From Saprospiraceae bacterium (GTDB lineage: Bacteria > Bacteroidota > Bacteroidia > Chitinophagales > Saprospiraceae), in the NCBI GenBank assembly GCA_026129545.1, contig JAHCHX010000005.1, forward strand, positions 49,502 to 113,501: a stretch of 64,000 nt of DNA, in the 5' to 3' direction. The notes beneath the pieces are model-generated. The model had not been told where the DNA came from, did no database searches, and was given only the letters and a program-made list of their open reading frames with translations. Shown here one piece after another: positions 36,043 through 45,849 of the stretch (positions are counted from its first letter, which is position 1; each line of letters starts with the position of its first letter). The translations under genes and the position numbers were made by a program.

Positions 36043-36939
36043 ATGAAATTGAGATACGCTCTTGCATTCCTGCTCGCTTTTTTTGTTTTTTCCTTAAATG
36101 CTCAAATCCGCTACGGGTTCAAGACTGGGCTGAATTTCGCCAAGTTCAACAGCCCTTCGGAGACCGACAATGCGGGGAACAGTTTGGAAAATTGGGACAA
36201 CGTGACCGGTTTCCATGTCGGAGCCACTTTTGGCTACAACTTCACGGACAATTACAGCGTCCGCGCCGAATTTTTGTTCTCCAAACGCGGAGCCAAATAC
36301 ACCTTCGACGGGGAATCGTACAGGGTGTTTCGCTTTCCCAATGGTCAAACGCTGACCACTGGCAATTCGCGCTACCTGATTAATGTCAACAACTCCTACA
36401 TTGACATCCCCGTCGTGTTTGTGGCGCGTTGGGGTAGTTTTGAACTGTCGGGCGGAGGCTACGCAGGCTTCTTGGTCGGCTCCACAGGCGACGGCTCGCT
36501 GCGTTATTCCGGCAAAACGGTACCGCTCGGCAATACCGTCGTGAACGCGGAAACCGGCGTGACGGAGCTGGTATGGAACCTCAGCCACAACTACCGCAAG
36601 GACAAAGCAGGGGCAGGGGAAGGCCCCGACGTCGTCATCGCAAGGGTGGATGCGCGCAACATAGAAACACCCGCTACCCTCGGCGCCTATTACGATTTCC
36701 CCGACACGCGAAAAGTGCTCTACAACACGCTCGACTATGGTTTGGTCGGCGGCCTTTCCTACTACCTGAGCAACTCGCTCTACATCGGCGCTCGCCTCCA
36801 GTACGGATTGGCCGACATCACCAACAACGCCGCCGACCTCTCGAAGACGCAAATCAACGTGAGCGATGGCACCCTGATTTTCCGCGACGACAAGGACAAG
36901 AATTTTATGATTCAGGCATCTGTGGGTTTTAGTTTCTAA
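36043..36939 (+). CDS. Outer-membrane beta-barrel protein (porin family)
   Basis: 298 aa from ATG 36043, signal peptide MKLRYALAFLLAFFVFSLNAQ, alternating beta-strands, terminal ...QASVGFSF. Confidence 0.78.
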   Translation: MKLRYALAFLLAFFVFSLNAQIRYGFKTGLNFAKFNSPSETDNAGNSLENWDNVTGFHVGATFGYNFTDNYSVRAEFLFSKRGAKYTFDGESYRVFRFPNGQTLTTGNSRYLINVNNSYIDIPVVFVARWGSFELSGGGYAGFLVGSTGDGSLRYSGKTVPLGNTVVNAETGVTELVWNLSHNYRKDKAGAGEGPDVVIARVDARNIETPATLGAYYDFPDTRKVLYNTLDYGLVGGLSYYLSNSLYIGARLQYGLADITNNAADLSKTQINVSDGTLIFRDDKDKNFMIQASVGFSF

Positions 36940-37207
36940 TGCGCCGCGATTTGGGACTTGCCACAAAGGCTCAAAGGCACAAAAGTTTATCAATCAATTT
37001 TTTGGGGACTATCCGGCGACCTCAATAAAATAGAACAACGATGTGCTTCCTCACTCATCCGGCAAACCGGGACGCTCAACCCAAAGTAAATTTGAATACT
37101 GATTCTTGGCAATCATTTGGTTTTTACTGCCGAGCACATCCCGCGCCCGGCGGTAGAAATCGAACCCATCGGCACAATCAAATCAGTCCAACCATTCGAC
37201 TACACAC

Positions 37208-39376
37208 ATGAAAAAACTGCTCCTTTCCCTCCTGTTCGCCCCCAGCCTTCTCTTTGCGCAGGGCGGCATGTGGCTCCCCTCACTGCTCGAAAAACAAAAC
37301 GAAAAAGAGATGAAATCGCTCGGCATGAAAATCAGCGCCGACGACATCTATTCGACCGTAAAACCGAGCCTCAAAGACGCGATATGCCAGTTTGGCGGCG
37401 GCTGCACGGGAGAGATGATTTCCGCCGAAGGGTTGCTGCTCACCAATCACCACTGCGGGTTCGGCGCCATACAGCGGCTTTCCTCCTTGGAAAAAAATTA
37501 TGTGGAGGATGGTTATTGGGCCAAAAACCGCAGCGAGGAGCTGCCCGCGCCGGGCATCACGGCAATGTTCGTCAATCGAATAGAGGACGTGACCGCACTG
37601 GCGCTGATGGGTGTCACGGAAAGCATGGCGGAGGCTTCGCGCCAGTCGCAAATAGACAAAAACCTCGCGCAAATCCGCGTCAACACCAAAAAAGAGAAGT
37701 GGGAAGACATTCAGATTCGCCCCTTCTACAGCGGCAACCAATACTATTTGTTTGTCACCGAAACCTTCAAGGACGTGCGGTTTGTGGGAGCACCGCCAAG
37801 CAGCATCGGCAAGTTCGGCGCCGACACCGACAACTGGGTGTGGCCGCGTCACACCGGCGATTTTGCACTCTTCCGCGTGTATGCCGACACCGCCAACCGC
37901 CCGGCGGACTACTCGCCCAACAATGTGCCTTTTCGCCCCAAAAAATTCCTCGCCATCTCGCTCGATGGCGTGGACGACGGCGACTTCACCATGGTTTTTG
38001 GCTTTCCCGGTCGCACCGACGAATACTTGCCGGAGGCCGCCGTGCGCCAAACCGCCGAAGTGCTCAACCCCGCCCGCGTCAATGTGCGCGACCGCGCCCT
38101 GAAAATCATGGACGGCTTCATGCGCGACGACCCCGCGGTGAAAATCGCCTACATCGCCCGACAATCCAGCATCTCCAACGCTTGGAAAAAGTGGCTTGGC
38201 GAAATGCAGGGGCTGCTCAAATATGGCGCATTGGAGAAAAAACGCGACTACGAGACCGAATTCACGCGCCGCATCGAGCAAAAAGCCGATTGGAAATACA
38301 AGTACGGCAACCTGCTCCCGCGCTTGCGCCAACTCTATCAAGACATAGAACCCTACGCGTTGGCCCGCGACTACTACTTGGAAGCCTGTGTGCGCAACAA
38401 CCAAATTCTCGGCCTCGCCGCCAGTCTGAATAGCTGGATTGAATCATACGGCAAAAACGGGGAGTCGTTTTTTGCCAACAAACAAAAAGAAGCCACCGCC
38501 GGGTTGGACGACTTTTTCAAAGACTACCACCCCAAAGTGGATGAGGCCGTATTTGCTGGCGTGCTCGAGATTTTTGGGGAAAATATGCGCGACGAATGGG
38601 GCGGCGCATTCGTGAAAATGGCCGCAAAACAAAACGGCAGCTACGCGGGCTTGGCCTCCAATATGTTCAAAAACAGCGTGCTGGCAAATCAAGATAAAAT
38701 GAACGCCCTCCTAAACGAAAAGCCAGCCACCATCGCCGAGACCTTGAACAACGACCCGGCTTACGTTTTTTGGAAAACCTTGCAGGACAATTACGCCGCC
38801 AACGTGCAGCCCAAAATCCAAGAACTCCAACCCCAAATCAACACGCTCCAACGCCAATACATGGCCGCCCAATTGGAAGTGTTCAAAGAACGGCGCTTTT
38901 TCCCCGATGCCAACAGCACCCTCCGCGTCACCTATGGCAAAGTGGACGATTACTCACCCCGCGATGCCGTGACCTACAAGGAGCGCACCTATCTGGATGG
39001 AGTGATGGAAAAATATGTGCCGGGCGACTACGAGTTCGATGTGCCCAAAAAACTTGTCGAACTCTGGAAATCAAAAGACTATGGCCAATACGCCGATGCG
39101 CAAGGCCGGATGCCCGTCGCTTTCATCGCCACCAACCACACCACCGGCGGCAACTCTGGCAGCCCGGCATTGGATGCCAACGGCAATCTCGTGGGCCTCA
39201 ACTTCGACCGCGTGTGGGAGGGCACCATGAGCGACCTGCACTACGACCCGGCCATCTGCCGGAACATCATGGTGGATGCTCGCTACATACTGTTCGTCAT
39301 TGACAAATTCGGCGGCGCAAGCCACTTGGTGCGGGAGATGAAATTGGTGAAGGGGCAGAAAAAGAAGAAAAAATAA
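37208..39376 (+). CDS. S46-family dipeptidyl-peptidase (DPP7/DPP11-like)
   Basis: 722 aa, signal peptide, then GGMWLP, GGCTGEMISAEGLLLTNHHCG, and the catalytic Ser region GGNSGSPALDANGNLVGLNFD. Confidence 0.92.
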   Translation: MKKLLLSLLFAPSLLFAQGGMWLPSLLEKQNEKEMKSLGMKISADDIYSTVKPSLKDAICQFGGGCTGEMISAEGLLLTNHHCGFGAIQRLSSLEKNYVEDGYWAKNRSEELPAPGITAMFVNRIEDVTALALMGVTESMAEASRQSQIDKNLAQIRVNTKKEKWEDIQIRPFYSGNQYYLFVTETFKDVRFVGAPPSSIGKFGADTDNWVWPRHTGDFALFRVYADTANRPADYSPNNVPFRPKKFLAISLDGVDDGDFTMVFGFPGRTDEYLPEAAVRQTAEVLNPARVNVRDRALKIMDGFMRDDPAVKIAYIARQSSISNAWKKWLGEMQGLLKYGALEKKRDYETEFTRRIEQKADWKYKYGNLLPRLRQLYQDIEPYALARDYYLEACVRNNQILGLAASLNSWIESYGKNGESFFANKQKEATAGLDDFFKDYHPKVDEAVFAGVLEIFGENMRDEWGGAFVKMAAKQNGSYAGLASNMFKNSVLANQDKMNALLNEKPATIAETLNNDPAYVFWKTLQDNYAANVQPKIQELQPQINTLQRQYMAAQLEVFKERRFFPDANSTLRVTYGKVDDYSPRDAVTYKERTYLDGVMEKYVPGDYEFDVPKKLVELWKSKDYGQYADAQGRMPVAFIATNHTTGGNSGSPALDANGNLVGLNFDRVWEGTMSDLHYDPAICRNIMVDARYILFVIDKFGGASHLVREMKLVKGQKKKKK

Positions 39377-40540
39377 ATGAATCTCAGCGACATTCTCACC
39401 CACCTCGGCGAAGACCGTGAGCAGTATTTCCATGCCGTCAGCCCCCCGGTCATCCAGACCAGCAATTTCGTTTTCCCAAACCTCTCGGCCTTCCGCGAGG
39501 CATTTTCGGACGAGCTCGAACACCACGTCTATACTCGCGGCAACAACCCCACCGTCGCCATTTTGCGAAAAAAACTCGCCGCGCTCGAAGGCACGGAAGA
39601 TGCCCTTGTTTTTTCCAGCGGAGCAGGCGCGGTAGCGGCAGCAGTCATCAGCAACGTGAAAGCGGGCGACCACATCGTTTGCCAACAATCGCCCTACTCT
39701 TGGACGACGGCCCTGCTGACGAAATTCCTGCCGCGATTCGGCGTGGAGCACACTTTTGTGGATGGCACCGACACTCGAAACATCGAGGCAGCCATCAAGC
39801 CCAACACCCGCGTCCTTTATTTGGAAAGCCCCAACACCATGACCTTCGAGTGCCAGGATTTGGCAGCCTGCGCCACACTGGCGCGGCAGCACGGGCTGGT
39901 CTCCATCATTGACAACTCCTACTGCTCACCGCTCTACCAAAACCCCGCCGCATTCGGCATTGACATCGTCGTGCATTCAGGCACCAAATACCTTAATGGC
40001 CACTCCGATGTGGTGGTCGGCGTGCTCTGCGCAAGCAAGGCAATGGTGAAAAAAATCTTCGAGTCCGAACTAATGACCCTCGGCGGCATCCTCGGCCCAC
40101 ACGACGCGGCACTCGTGATTCGCGGGCTGCGCACGCTCCCGCTTCGCCTCCAACGCAGCGACGAATCAGCCAAATGGTTGATAGAAAAACTGGAAAGCCA
40201 CCCAAAAGTGGAGCGAATCTGGTACCCGTTTCACCACAGTTTTCCCCAGCTCGAACTGGCCAAACGCCAGATGCGCGGCTGCGGCGGCTTGTTCTCCGTA
40301 CAGTTCAAAACCGACACGATGGAAAAAATGGAAGCGTTCGTCCATCGGCTGGAGCGCTTCCTGATGGCCGTGAGCTGGGGCGGCCACGAATCGCTCATCA
40401 TCCCAACGATTGGGTTCTACAACGTGCCGGCACGCGCCGCCAACCCGCCCATACCCTGGACGTTTGCTCGATTCTACATCGGCTTGGAAGACCCCGCATG
40501 GCTATGGGAAGATTTGGAGCGAGCGATGGAGGCACTCTGA
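39377..40540 (+). CDS. PLP-dependent transsulfuration enzyme (cystathionine gamma-synthase/beta-lyase family)
   Basis: 387 aa. YTRGNNPT, the lysine motif HSGTKYLNGHSDVVVGV, and SWGGHESL. The start abuts the S46 stop. Confidence 0.9.
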   Translation: MNLSDILTHLGEDREQYFHAVSPPVIQTSNFVFPNLSAFREAFSDELEHHVYTRGNNPTVAILRKKLAALEGTEDALVFSSGAGAVAAAVISNVKAGDHIVCQQSPYSWTTALLTKFLPRFGVEHTFVDGTDTRNIEAAIKPNTRVLYLESPNTMTFECQDLAACATLARQHGLVSIIDNSYCSPLYQNPAAFGIDIVVHSGTKYLNGHSDVVVGVLCASKAMVKKIFESELMTLGGILGPHDAALVIRGLRTLPLRLQRSDESAKWLIEKLESHPKVERIWYPFHHSFPQLELAKRQMRGCGGLFSVQFKTDTMEKMEAFVHRLERFLMAVSWGGHESLIIPTIGFYNVPARAANPPIPWTFARFYIGLEDPAWLWEDLERAMEAL

Positions 40541-40550
40541 CCGGGCAAAG

Positions 40551-40668
40551 ACAAAACGGGCGTGGGGGGGGGGGGGGGGCCCCCCCCCCGCCCCCCCCGG
40601 GCAGATGAAACGCCCCGGGGGGGGTGGGTCTTTTTTTCCCCCCCCCCCCCCCCAACGCCCGTTTTTGT
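40551..40668. repeat. G/C homopolymer-rich nested palindrome
   Basis: ACAAAACGGGCGT-G16-C10-G-C8-GGGCAGATGAAACGCCCC-G8-TGGGTC-T7-C16-AACGCCCGTTTTTGT. The outer arms are reverse complements apart from two 1-nt indels. Confidence 0.9.
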
Positions 40669-40873
40669 TCTCAAAAAGTCGTCACAGTGTTCACAAAAAA
40701 TCTAACTCGAAAAACCGCCGAACACATACCTTAGCCGCCACCCTTTCCGAACATCACCACCACCTTATTCTTTTTTTACCGAAATAAATTTCGGCATTAC
40801 GGCAAAAACACTCTTTTTGCGGTGTGACACTGTGCTGCCACTGCTTTTGACCATATTTCATTATTCAATCAAA

Positions 40874-43800
40874 ATGACAAAAACTCGCACCCTCTTCCTG
40901 CTTATCCTACTTGCTTTGGCCGCGCTATGGTATCTCGCCAGCCGCAGCGACAACCGCTTCGCCAAAGCCGCCCAACGACCCAACGACCCCTGGGTGTTCC
41001 GCTCCGTGATTGACAATCAGCCTCGCATGATAACCTTTGCCTTGCACGACAATCTCTGGGTGGCCTATTCCACCGATTCCTGCTCCCTATACAAAGCTTG
41101 GAGCGGCAGCTGCGATTTCACCGGGGCGGTTTACAACATGCGGCACGGCCCACAACCCATGAGCATCGGCCCTTCGTGGTTCGAGAACAAATACCGTCAG
41201 CCTTGGACCGTCACCATAAGCGGCAGCGCCCAATCGCCGCGCACCGACTACAAAGGCCACCGCTACACCCGCAAGGGACAGGCGGAAATCATGTACGACC
41301 TCGTGTTGGCCGACGGCCAACGCATCCGCATCAACGAACGCCCGGAATATGTGGAGCGCGACCGCCAACGAGGATTTGAACGAACTTTCACCGTGGAAAA
41401 CGCCCCTGCGGGCGCAAGTGTGGCACTCCGCACCAATGTCGCCTGCATCGCCGCCCCCGTCAACATTCAGACCGACGGCATCTGGAAACAAACAGCGATA
41501 GCGCCAATAGAAAACAAGCCCGACCATTTGCAGGCGCTCGAAGTGGAAGGCGAGCTGACCCTGAACACCAACAAGCCGACGCGCTTCACCGCCATGTTTG
41601 TCAGCACACCCCTCATCCCCAATCCTTTTGATGCCGAAAGGCTTGCCGAATCCGAGGCAACGGCAACCATTAGCCCAGGCGAACGCCTCATGGCGAAAAG
41701 CGACTGCCGCACTTGCCACAATGAGGCCGTGCAAACCGTAGGCCCCGGCTATGCGCAAATCGCCGAGCGTTACAAAAACACCCCTGAAAACGTGGAAATG
41801 CTGGCACAAAAAATCATCAAGGGAGGCTCTGGGGTATGGGGAGCAGCCGCCATGAGCGCCCACCCGGATGTGCAACCCGACGATGCGAAGGCGATGGTGG
41901 CCTACATCCTCTCGCTCGATGAAGGCGAAGACGACGGCGAAGGCGGAGCCTCCAACAAAAATCTGGCCGACATCCCTGCCGAAAAATGGCTGCGACCCGA
42001 CGTGTCCGTCGGCGACCGCGACGTGATGCCGGGCCTCTCTGTCCGCTTGTTTCAGCTTTCCTTTTCGCCCCGCTCGCTCAAGGAAATTGATTTTGACAAA
42101 AAGCCAGATTTGGTGGCCATCGCCAACGTGGTGGATGCCGCCAACGATGGGTTCGGCCCATTCAAAGACAACTTTGCCCTCGTCGGCACAGGCTACCTGT
42201 TTCTGGACAAAGATGACAACATCCTATTCCAGCTCAGCAGCGACGACGGCAGCCGTATGTGGATTGACAATCAGCTCATCATTGACAACGACGGCACGCA
42301 CGGCTTGGAACCCAAAGAAGCCGAAATCGCGCTCCGCGCCGGCTACCACCCCATTCGCATCGAGTATTTTCAAGGCGGCGGCGGACGCGGCATCACCCTC
42401 AAATGGGCGCGCTTCGGCAGCCCGGGACTAAAAGTAATCCCGGAGGCCAATTTCACTCACCGCCGCTCCGATGGACTCGCCGGGGCCGTCTCCATGAATG
42501 TCTCGAAGAATTTTCTGCCCGGCGACGTGGCGCCGCTCATGGACGTGCATCCTTCTTACGACCTCTTTCAGGCCCGTCCCGACGAGTTTCTCCCCAAAGT
42601 GGCAGGCATGGATTTTTTGCCCGATGGCCGCCTGCTCGTCTCCACATGGGATGCGATGGGCGCTGTTTATGTCTTGGAAAATGTGCAATCCGGCGACCCT
42701 AAGAAGATAAAATTGAAAATGATAGCCAAGGGGCTGGCAGAGCCTTTGGGTTTGAAAGTGGTGGGCAAAGACATTTTTGTGCTGCAAAAACAAGAGTTGA
42801 CAAAGTTGATTGACCACAACGGCGACGACGTGATAGACGAATATCAATGTTTTGCCAAAGGCTGGAAAGCTTCGGCCAACTTCCACGAATTCGCCTTCGG
42901 CCTCGCTCACAAAGGCGACTACCTCTACGCCGCCCTCGCCACGGCGATTTTGCCCGGTGGCGCCAGCGCCCGCCCTCAAATCGCGGACAGAGGCAAGGTG
43001 GTGCAAATCAGCCTCAAAGACGGCAGCATCGAGTTCATCGCACGCGGGCTGCGCACACCCGATGGCATCGGCATCGGCCCCGACGGCGAGCTCTTCGTCA
43101 CCGACAATCAGGGCGACTGGCTGCCCTCCTCCAAGCTCGTCCATGTGAAGCCCGGCGCCTTCTTCGGCTCTTATTCGGTGGATAGCACAGCCGTCGCCCA
43201 ATTGCCCGTCCAACACCCCGTCGCGTGGCTGCCCCAAGATGAAATCGGCAACTCCCCCACGCAGCCCGCCGCGCTGAACGATGGCCCCTACCAAAACCAA
43301 ATCATTTTTGGCGATGTGTGCTACGGTGGCCTCCAACGTGTTTTTATGGAAAAAATCAATGGCGAATATCAAGGCGCGGTGTTCAAATTCACGCAAGGAC
43401 TTGAAGGCAGCACCCACCGCCTCGTGTGGGGGCCTGATGGTTCGCTCTACGTCGGCATGATTGGAAATCCCGGCAACTGGAGCCAACAAGGCAAACTTTG
43501 GTACGGATTGCAGCGCCTGAAATACAACGGTCAATCTGCTTTTGAAATGCTGGCCGTGCGAGCCAAGACGAACGGCGTGGAAATCGAATTCACCGAACCA
43601 TTGCGCGAAGGCGACGGGTGGGACGTATCGCACTATCAAGTGCGACAATGGTGGTATAAGCCTACCGCCGACTACGGCGGCCCCAAAATGGACGAAAAGG
43701 CACTAACTGTCAATTCCGCCTCCGTCTCCGCCGACCGCAAAAAGGTGTTTTTGGAAATACCCGGCATCAAACCGCTCCATGTCGTCTACATTCGCCTGCT

Positions 43801-44608
43801 CAACCTGCCCCTCAGCGAACTCGAACATGAAATCTGGACAACCGAAGCTTGGTACACCATGAACGCCATCCCCTCCGACAACTACGGCACCGTAGTCAAC
43901 CGCCCACCCTACTCACCACCTTCCGACAACACCTTGACAGACAAAGAAAAAGCCGCTGGGTGGCAATTGCTTTTCAACGGAAAAGACCTCGAAGGCTGGC
44001 ACAACTACGGCAAAACCTCCATCGGCAAATCATGGGTCGTGCACGACAACGCCATCCACTTGGATGCCAAGCCCAACCCCGACGGAGGATGGCAGGCCGC
44101 CGACGGGGGCGACATCCTGACCGCCAGCGAGTACGAGAATTTTGAGCTGACCTTGGATTGGAAAATCGCCCCTTGTGGCAATTCGGGCATTATCTACCAC
44201 GTCATCGAAGACCCGGCCAAATACGATTATGTCTGGAAAACAGGGCCTGAAATGCAAGTGCTCGACAACAGCTGCCACCCCGATGCCCGCATTCACAAGC
44301 ATCGAGCAGGTGACTTGTACGACCTCATCGCCTGCAAATACGAAACCGTGAAACCCGCCGGCGAATGGAACCACGCCCGTCTCGTCAGCAAAAACGGCAA
44401 GGTCGAACACTGGCTCAACCACCGCAAAGTGGTGGAGATACAGATGTTTAAAAATGGAAAGCCTACCAAAGAATGGCTGGCACTCATAGAGGGCAGCAAG
44501 TTCCCTGCGCTATCAAGCGACTTTGGCCTTTCGTCCAAAGGAAAAATCTCCCTGCAAGACCACGGCGACCCCGTCTGGTTCAAAAACATCAAAATCAGGA
44601 AACTGTGA
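40874..44608 (+). CDS. Membrane-anchored multidomain protein: cytochrome c, PA14, beta-propeller (sugar dehydrogenase-like), DUF1080
   Basis: 1244 aa from ATG 40874 with an N-terminal TM helix. Haem site CRTCH with downstream AAMSAHP, PA14-like RLFQL...GYHPIRIEYFQGGGGRGITLKW, propeller (DFLPDGRLLVSTWD, DGELFVTDNQGDW), and C-terminal DUF1080 (GWQLLFNGKDLEGW...ISLQDHGDPVWFKNIKIRKL). Confidence 0.85.
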   Translation: MTKTRTLFLLILLALAALWYLASRSDNRFAKAAQRPNDPWVFRSVIDNQPRMITFALHDNLWVAYSTDSCSLYKAWSGSCDFTGAVYNMRHGPQPMSIGPSWFENKYRQPWTVTISGSAQSPRTDYKGHRYTRKGQAEIMYDLVLADGQRIRINERPEYVERDRQRGFERTFTVENAPAGASVALRTNVACIAAPVNIQTDGIWKQTAIAPIENKPDHLQALEVEGELTLNTNKPTRFTAMFVSTPLIPNPFDAERLAESEATATISPGERLMAKSDCRTCHNEAVQTVGPGYAQIAERYKNTPENVEMLAQKIIKGGSGVWGAAAMSAHPDVQPDDAKAMVAYILSLDEGEDDGEGGASNKNLADIPAEKWLRPDVSVGDRDVMPGLSVRLFQLSFSPRSLKEIDFDKKPDLVAIANVVDAANDGFGPFKDNFALVGTGYLFLDKDDNILFQLSSDDGSRMWIDNQLIIDNDGTHGLEPKEAEIALRAGYHPIRIEYFQGGGGRGITLKWARFGSPGLKVIPEANFTHRRSDGLAGAVSMNVSKNFLPGDVAPLMDVHPSYDLFQARPDEFLPKVAGMDFLPDGRLLVSTWDAMGAVYVLENVQSGDPKKIKLKMIAKGLAEPLGLKVVGKDIFVLQKQELTKLIDHNGDDVIDEYQCFAKGWKASANFHEFAFGLAHKGDYLYAALATAILPGGASARPQIADRGKVVQISLKDGSIEFIARGLRTPDGIGIGPDGELFVTDNQGDWLPSSKLVHVKPGAFFGSYSVDSTAVAQLPVQHPVAWLPQDEIGNSPTQPAALNDGPYQNQIIFGDVCYGGLQRVFMEKINGEYQGAVFKFTQGLEGSTHRLVWGPDGSLYVGMIGNPGNWSQQGKLWYGLQRLKYNGQSAFEMLAVRAKTNGVEIEFTEPLREGDGWDVSHYQVRQWWYKPTADYGGPKMDEKALTVNSASVSADRKKVFLEIPGIKPLHVVYIRLLNLPLSELEHEIWTTEAWYTMNAIPSDNYGTVVNRPPYSPPSDNTLTDKEKAAGWQLLFNGKDLEGWHNYGKTSIGKSWVVHDNAIHLDAKPNPDGGWQAADGGDILTASEYENFELTLDWKIAPCGNSGIIYHVIEDPAKYDYVWKTGPEMQVLDNSCHPDARIHKHRAGDLYDLIACKYETVKPAGEWNHARLVSKNGKVEHWLNHRKVVEIQMFKNGKPTKEWLALIEGSKFPALSSDFGLSSKGKISLQDHGDPVWFKNIKIRKL

Positions 44609-44632
44609 GGAAGCGCGTGGTAGGCAAAAAAA

Positions 44633-44689
44633 GTTGAGGTGTCGCGCAAGTCATTGAACATTGGTCATTGACTTGCGCGACACCTCAAC
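44633..44689. terminator. Bidirectional terminator hairpin between convergent genes
   Basis: Perfect 21-bp stem GTTGAGGTGTCGCGCAAGTCA (44633-44653) / TGACTTGCGCGACACCTCAAC (44669-44689). An A7 run precedes it, which reads as a U-run for the minus-strand transcript. Confidence 0.8.
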
Positions 44690-44696
44690 CCCTCCA

Positions 44697-45215
44697 TCAA
44701 TGCGGCAATCGGTCGCGGAAATACCCATACACCCATGTGCCGGCAATGGCAGACAGAATGGTGACACTAATGGCCAAAGCACCCGTGCCAAGCGTGGCAA
44801 ACAGGGGGCCGGGGCAAGCGCCCGTCAGCGCCCAGCCAAAGCCAAACAACAAGCCGCCGAAGATTTGGCCCTTGTTGAATTTTTTGTCTTGAAAAGTGAT
44901 GGCTTCGCCGTGAATAGTCCGAACCTTGAATTTTTTGATGAGAAAAACCGACAACGCGCCCACTGCCACAGCGGTGCCGATGACCCCGTACATGTGGAAC
45001 GACTGCAAGCGAAACATCTCCTGAATTCGGAACCAAGAAATAATCTCTGCCTTCACGAAGGTGATGCCAAACAGCACCCCCACAGCGGCGTATTTCAGAT
45101 TGTGATACCACGGAAGCGACACGTCTGACTCGTTGACACACATGGTGTCCAACGAACGCACCTCATAGTCTGTCTCTGGGGAAATGGTGGTGGTATTGAA
45201 ATTAGTTTGAGCCAT
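44697..45215 (-). CDS. YeeE/YedE-family sulfur-compound transporter, second half-protein
   Basis: 172 aa, TM-rich, with GWALTGACPGP as in the YeeE/YedE family. Starts 3 nt after its partner gene. Confidence 0.82.
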   Translation of the reverse strand: MAQTNFNTTTISPETDYEVRSLDTMCVNESDVSLPWYHNLKYAAVGVLFGITFVKAEIISWFRIQEMFRLQSFHMYGVIGTAVAVGALSVFLIKKFKVRTIHGEAITFQDKKFNKGQIFGGLLFGFGWALTGACPGPLFATLGTGALAISVTILSAIAGTWVYGYFRDRLPH

Positions 45216-45218
45216 TTT

Positions 45219-45782
45219 TTAGAGTTGCATGATGAAGGGTAAAATGAGATTGGCCATGATGAAACCACCCGCCATAAAACAGCAGGTGGCGACAAGAGAA
45301 GGCCATTGCAGGTTAGAAAGCCCCATGATGGCGTGACCACTGGTGCAGCCGCCCGCGTAGCGAGTGCCAAAGCCCACCAAAAAACCACCACCCACAAGCA
45401 GAATAAATCCCCGGAGCGTGAAAAGGCTGGGCCACGAAATCAGCTCGACGGGCACCATGCTGCTGAAATCGGTCATGCCGTAGCCGGCCAATTCTTCGGC
45501 CAACGCAGGCGCCACTTGCACCGGGTTGGGGTCAGCCAGCAGGGTGGAGGCGAGGAAAGCCCCGACGACGATGCCGCCGATAAAAAACAAATTCCACGCT
45601 TCTTTTTTCCAGTCGTACTTGAAAAACTTGACGTTTGAGGGGAAACAAGCGGCACAGATGTGGCGCAAGTTGGCTGAAATCCCAAAGTGTCGGTTGCCCA
45701 AAAGCAAGAGTGCCGGCACGGTGAGGCCTACAATGATACCTGCTGTGTACCAAGGCCAGGGGCGTTGCAATAGTTCGAGCAT
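45219..45782 (-). CDS. YeeE/YedE-family sulfur-compound transporter, first half-protein
   Basis: 187 aa with the GTRYAGGCTSGH conserved Cys motif. Confidence 0.85.
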   Translation of the reverse strand: MLELLQRPWPWYTAGIIVGLTVPALLLLGNRHFGISANLRHICAACFPSNVKFFKYDWKKEAWNLFFIGGIVVGAFLASTLLADPNPVQVAPALAEELAGYGMTDFSSMVPVELISWPSLFTLRGFILLVGGGFLVGFGTRYAGGCTSGHAIMGLSNLQWPSLVATCCFMAGGFIMANLILPFIMQL

Positions 45783-45833
45783 TTTTGTTCAAAAATTTAA
45801 AAGCAAAAATAGACAAGGTTATTTCTGGCAGTT

Positions 45834-45849
45834 TGTGACATTGGTCACA
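45834..45849. promoter_or_regulatory. Candidate Crp/Fnr-type operator (perfect TGTGA-N6-TCACA)
   Basis: TGTGACATTGGTCACA lies 52-67 nt upstream of the yeeE-like ATG (45782) and 22 nt upstream of TATTTTTG (45804-45811, minus strand). That box fits the Bacteroidota -7 consensus TAnnTTTG. Confidence 0.5.

Noticed and set aside
37152-37172. tRNA T-arm-like string GGTAGAAATCGAACCCATCGG upstream of the S46 peptidase gene.
   Set aside because: I could not fold flanking sequence into acceptor, D or anticodon stems, and the loop is ATCGAA rather than TTCGAA.
40174-40787. ORFs encoding poly-Gly and poly-Pro runs (40174-40608, 40398-40655, 40410-40787, 40474-40674).
   Set aside because: They result from translating the G16/C16 homopolymer palindrome. 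Nothing else supports them as coding.
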